Shown here one piece after another: positions 28,272 through 32,000 of a stretch of DNA of 32,000 nucleotides (its first letter is position 1; the number at the start of each line of letters is the position of its first letter). The DNA lies in NCBI RefSeq assembly GCF_009734345.1, contig NZ_CP032551.1, positions 600,001 through 632,000 on the forward strand. Reading direction: 5' to 3'. The notes below the pieces were generated by a model that ran no database searches, was not told where the DNA came from, and was given only the letters and a program-made list of their open reading frames with translations. The position numbers and the translations under genes are program-made. Source of the DNA: Pseudidiomarina andamanensis. GTDB taxonomy: Bacteria > Pseudomonadota > Gammaproteobacteria > Enterobacterales > Alteromonadaceae.

Positions 28272-30893
28272 TTAATTCGAGCTCAAACTTTGACTAATTT
28301 TTTCTTCTAAATCCGCTGCTAAGTTCGGGATTCTTTGCAGCTGCTCGAGCTCGGCTTTCAATAATTTTTGGCGCTGGCTATCAAATCGGCGCCATTGTGT
28401 AAGTGGCGTCACTAATCGTGCTGCAACCTGTGGGTTTTTGTCGTTCAAATATTGAATCATTTCGCTGGTCATTTTATACCCTGCCCCATCATTTCGGTGG
28501 AACTGTGTCATATTGCGACCAAAAGTAGCAAACAATGCATATTGACGGTTCGGATTATTACGATCGAATTTTGCATGGTGTTGCAACGCATCGACTGTTT
28601 CAACAACCGATGCATCCGGAGTGCTCGCTTGAATTGCAAACCATTTATCTAAAACCAGCGGCGTATCCAGCCACTGCTGCTCAAATGCATCGAGTAATTC
28701 TTGTTTACAAGCGAGTTTCAAATGCACAGCTATTTGTAACGTACTCTGTTGAGCCGTCATATTGTCCGCTTGCTTAAAATAATCAGCTACAACTGAGCTG
28801 TATTGTTCGGGATGCTGCAAAGCTAGATAGTACAGAGAAGTGTGGAGCCAACTACGGTTAGCAATGTCATCGCCTGTAAGTTTATAATCCGTAACCACCC
28901 GTGTATCCCAAACCTTTGCAAATACGCCAAACAATTTGGCTGCAAGCTGTTGGCGCAACTCTTCAACTGCACCAAAAATAGCATCAAGCGGTATTTCCGT
29001 AGGATAATACTCAGCCATTTCCTCAACGGTTGGCGGTGTGAACACCAGTGCTTTAAGAGCTGAGTCAATATCCGCTTGAGCGAACTGTTTAAAAGCTTCA
29101 GCTACTGCGTCTGGCAACAACAAAGGTTGTTTTTGCTCAACGGCATCGCGAATTAACTTCACATAAATATGTTGCGCTGATTCCCACCTCGTCACGTCTT
29201 GTTCTGCGTGGGCCAATAACACAAGACTATCGGCAAAAACTTGCTCAGATTCAAGTTTCACTGGCGCACTAAAATTTTCCATCAGAGCAACGACTGGTCG
29301 CTCAGGAATGTCATGAATTTCAAGCGTTTGGTATTCAGACGTCAATTCGAACAACGAACTACCGGATTCGTGGTCACGCAGCTTTGTGTTGGCTAATTTC
29401 AAGCGTTTACCAGACTGCGAATAAGCACTCATTAATACCGGAATATGCACTGGTAACTTGGTTTTTTGTCCCGGCGTTGGCGGCGTCGATTGCGAGAACT
29501 TCAGTGTTAACCTTTCTGTCTGTTCATCATAATGCTGCGTCACAGCTACCGTTGGGGTTCCAGCTTGGTTATACCAGCGCTTGAATACGTCTAAGTTGAA
29601 GTTATTCGCATCAGCCATTGCTGCCACGAAGTCGTCACAGGTAACAGCTTGCCCATCATGACGTTCAACGTAGCGCTTCATGCCTGCTTGAAAGCCATGT
29701 TCACCCAACAAAGTGTGCAGCATTCGAATCACTTCAGCACCTTTGTTATAGACAGTGACGGTATAGAAATTATTCATTTCCACCACTTTGTCAGGGCGAA
29801 TGGGATGCGCCATTGGGCTGGCATCTTCGTTGAACTGATGGGTGCGCATAATGCGAATTGCATCGATGCGATTCACAGCGCGCGAGCCTAAGTCAGAACT
29901 AAATTCTTGATCACGAAATACCGTTAAGCCTTCTTTCAAACTCAACTGGAACCAATCTCGGCAGGTAATGCGGTTGCCAGTCCAATTGTGGAAGTATTCG
30001 TGCCCGATAACCGATTCGACATTCAAAAAGTCTTGATCGGTTGCGGTGTTTGCGTCGGCAAGCACGTAGCGCGAATTAAAAACGTTAAGGCCTTTGTTTT
30101 CCATTGCGCCCATGTTGAAGAAATCAACCGCAACAATCATGTAAATATCGAGATCGTACTCAAGGCCAAAACGCTCTTCGTCCCAGCGCATTGAGTTTTT
30201 CAGCGAGGTCATTGCAAATTCAGCTTGCTTAAGATTGCCTTTATCAACAAACAACTCAAGCCGCACGTTACGCCCATTGCAGGTGGTGAATTTATCAGTA
30301 AGAACGTCAAAATCACCGGCAACCAAAGCAAACAAATAAGCAGGCTTTGGATGCGGGTCGTGCCAAGTTACCCAATGCGTACCATCGTTGTTATCACCTT
30401 GTTTGATGTTATTGCCGTTACTCAATAAATACGGGTAACGCTGTTTGTCAGCAATAATTGTGGTAGTAAATTCGGCCAGCACATCAGGTCGATCTAAATA
30501 ATAGGTAATGCGACGAAAACCTTCTGCTTCACATTGTGTGCAAAATGCCCCACCCGACTTATATAAGCCTTCGAGTGCCGTATTGGCTGACGGATTTATG
30601 GCGTTGATGATGATTAACTCAAATGGCGTGGCTGGCACTTGGGTAATTTCAAGATGCTTATCAGTTACGTGATAAGTTTCTGGTGAGAGTACTTCGCCGT
30701 TGATTTCAACTTGCTGTAGGGTTAAATGTTCACCATGAAGGCGCAAGGCTTTACCGTGTTGCTGTGGCTCCACCAACATACGGCTGGTAACAATGGTGCG
30801 CTGTTCATCAAGTTGAAAGGTTAAATCGATACGCTGAATAAGAAACTCCGGAGCGCGATAATCACTCCGGAATTTTGCTGTTGATGCTGTCAT
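28272..30893 (-). CDS. pepN: aminopeptidase N
   Basis: The ORF is 873 aa. It has the GAMEN exopeptidase motif and the HEYFHNWTGNR...E zinc site. It is collinear with E. coli PepN. Confidence 0.95.
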   Translation of the reverse strand: MTASTAKFRSDYRAPEFLIQRIDLTFQLDEQRTIVTSRMLVEPQQHGKALRLHGEHLTLQQVEINGEVLSPETYHVTDKHLEITQVPATPFELIIINAINPSANTALEGLYKSGGAFCTQCEAEGFRRITYYLDRPDVLAEFTTTIIADKQRYPYLLSNGNNIKQGDNNDGTHWVTWHDPHPKPAYLFALVAGDFDVLTDKFTTCNGRNVRLELFVDKGNLKQAEFAMTSLKNSMRWDEERFGLEYDLDIYMIVAVDFFNMGAMENKGLNVFNSRYVLADANTATDQDFLNVESVIGHEYFHNWTGNRITCRDWFQLSLKEGLTVFRDQEFSSDLGSRAVNRIDAIRIMRTHQFNEDASPMAHPIRPDKVVEMNNFYTVTVYNKGAEVIRMLHTLLGEHGFQAGMKRYVERHDGQAVTCDDFVAAMADANNFNLDVFKRWYNQAGTPTVAVTQHYDEQTERLTLKFSQSTPPTPGQKTKLPVHIPVLMSAYSQSGKRLKLANTKLRDHESGSSLFELTSEYQTLEIHDIPERPVVALMENFSAPVKLESEQVFADSLVLLAHAEQDVTRWESAQHIYVKLIRDAVEQKQPLLLPDAVAEAFKQFAQADIDSALKALVFTPPTVEEMAEYYPTEIPLDAIFGAVEELRQQLAAKLFGVFAKVWDTRVVTDYKLTGDDIANRSWLHTSLYYLALQHPEQYSSVVADYFKQADNMTAQQSTLQIAVHLKLACKQELLDAFEQQWLDTPLVLDKWFAIQASTPDASVVETVDALQHHAKFDRNNPNRQYALFATFGRNMTQFHRNDGAGYKMTSEMIQYLNDKNPQVAARLVTPLTQWRRFDSQRQKLLKAELEQLQRIPNLAADLEEKISQSLSSN

Positions 30894-30915
30894 AACTACC
30901 TATGATGCGGTTAAT

Positions 30916-32000
30916 TTAGGCGGCGGTTTTTGCTGCTGGCAAACGCAAAATTCTAATGCCAGTATAAGCATAGAACAATGCCATTAGCGGTGTTATCCAG
31001 TTAAAAAATGCGAACGGTGCATAAATCCAAGGACTAACACCCAGAGCACCCATCATAAACGCACCACAAGTATTCCATGGGATTAACGCTGAGGTTAATG
31101 TTGCGCTATCTTCAAGCGTACGCGATAACACGCGTGGGTCGAGTCCACGGCGTTCAAATTCTTCTCGGTACATGCGTCCTGGCAACACAATCGCCATATA
31201 TTGATCGGCGGTTAATACATTAGCACCAAAACAGGTGAATAACGTGGCCGCAATGAGACTACCGAGCGATTTTACATAGCCAAGCATGCCAGAAATTAGG
31301 CGCTGCAATAACCCAAGTTTTTCCATGATTGCGCCAAAGGTCATGGCACTCAGAATCAACCAAACGGTATTCAACATACTCGACATACCGCCTCCGCTCA
31401 GCAAGTCGTCAAGATCAGCTGAACCGGTCTCAATGGTCACGCCGTCGCTAAGTGCAGTCCATACTACTTTGACAGCGCCTACAATTGAGGTGTCATCGCC
31501 AGCTAGTTTATTGACCATTTCTGGTTGGAATATCAATGCCCAAACACCGCCAAGTAAAGCACCGAAAAACACGGTTGGTAGTGCAGGCTTTCTCGTTGCG
31601 GCTAAGTAAAGAAGTACCAACAGTGGTACCAACATTACCCAGCCAATATTGAAGGTGTTACTGAGTTCCAATTGCATTCTTTCAAGTTCAAGCAAACTAA
31701 CCGAACTATCGGCATTGAAGCCCAATAACACAAAGATAATTAGGGTAATAATAAATGCCGGACCTGCGGTGTATGCCATATAGCGAATATGCGCAAACAA
31801 TTCAGTGCCAGCTACAGCTGGAGCTAAATTTGTGGTATCGCTAAGCGGCGACATTTTGTCACCAAAATAAGCGCCTGAGACAACAGCTCCAGCTGTAATA
31901 GCTGGCGACAAATCCATCCCTGCAGCGACGCCCATTAGCGCCACACCGATGGTAGCGGCTGTTGTCCATGAACTACCAATGGCAAGTGAAATGATGGCAC
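30916..32000 (-). CDS. nhaC: Na+/H+ antiporter NhaC family, N-terminal part outside the window
   Basis: The frame stays open past the track's GTG at 31944 to the window edge (...IISLAIGSSWTTAATIGVALMGVAAGMDLSPAITAGAVVSGAYFGDKMSPLSDTTNLAPA...). It is a polytopic membrane protein with NhaC-typical motifs. Confidence 0.85.
   Translation of the reverse strand, partial: AIISLAIGSSWTTAATIGVALMGVAAGMDLSPAITAGAVVSGAYFGDKMSPLSDTTNLAPAVAGTELFAHIRYMAYTAGPAFIITLIIFVLLGFNADSSVSLLELERMQLELSNTFNIGWVMLVPLLVLLYLAATRKPALPTVFFGALLGGVWALIFQPEMVNKLAGDDTSIVGAVKVVWTALSDGVTIETGSADLDDLLSGGGMSSMLNTVWLILSAMTFGAIMEKLGLLQRLISGMLGYVKSLGSLIAATLFTCFGANVLTADQYMAIVLPGRMYREEFERRGLDPRVLSRTLEDSATLTSALIPWNTCGAFMMGALGVSPWIYAPFAFFNWITPLMALFYAYTGIRILRLPAAKTAA

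Noticed and set aside
28178-28297. 39-aa (+) ORF (MKKSVFRPRNSGSEHDYDD...) and a nested 29-aa ORF from 28221, in the pepN-gdhB spacer. Both overlap the pepN 3' end.
   Set aside because: They have no SD, the pepN terminator hairpin lies inside them, they overlap the pepN stop region on the opposite strand, and their composition resembles no small-protein or toxin class.
31286-31609. 107-aa ORF antisense to nhaC.
   Set aside because: It lies inside a polytopic transporter gene and has no start context or recognisable motifs.

Overview
This window looks like core chromosome from a gammaproteobacterium (Alteromonadales/Vibrionales-like; taxon not determinable here). I found no CRISPR array, transposase, integrase, prophage or recognisable defence genes.

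The backbone matches the E. coli 21-22 min gene order: pepN ... pyrD-zapC ... rlmL-uup ... rmf / fabA / lonH(ycbZ). Lineage-specific genes sit in the slots that E. coli fills with ssu/elf, ycbX and pqiABC.

Left to right the window holds:
- a 3'-truncated ccoN (-);
- a small lipoprotein followed by an NfeD-SPFH pair (+);
- a translationally coupled MFP-RND-SRPBCC efflux module (+);
- an orphan secreted 340-aa protein (+);
- a TraB/GumN protein (+);
- a Lon-like protease with a degenerate P-loop (+);
- fabA with FadR/FabR-type operators (+);
- rmf (-);
- an overlapping rlmL / glutaredoxin-like / uup / HAF-repeat operon (-);
- an isolated initiator tRNA-fMet (+);
- a CpdB-like nucleotidase, zapC, pyrD and the large NAD-GDH (all -);
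- pepN and a 5'-truncated nhaC (-).

Four real features are missing or cut short in the supplied ORF track: ccoN, rmf, the tRNA and the nhaC extension.

Nothing here is a clear undescribed system. The best candidates for follow-up are the exported SRPBCC protein coupled to the RND pump, the HAF-repeat protein with a C-terminal sorting-like tail in the rlmL-uup operon, the orphan Cys-motif secreted protein, and the pseudo-ATPase Lon homolog. All functional calls rest on reading motifs by eye, with no searches run.
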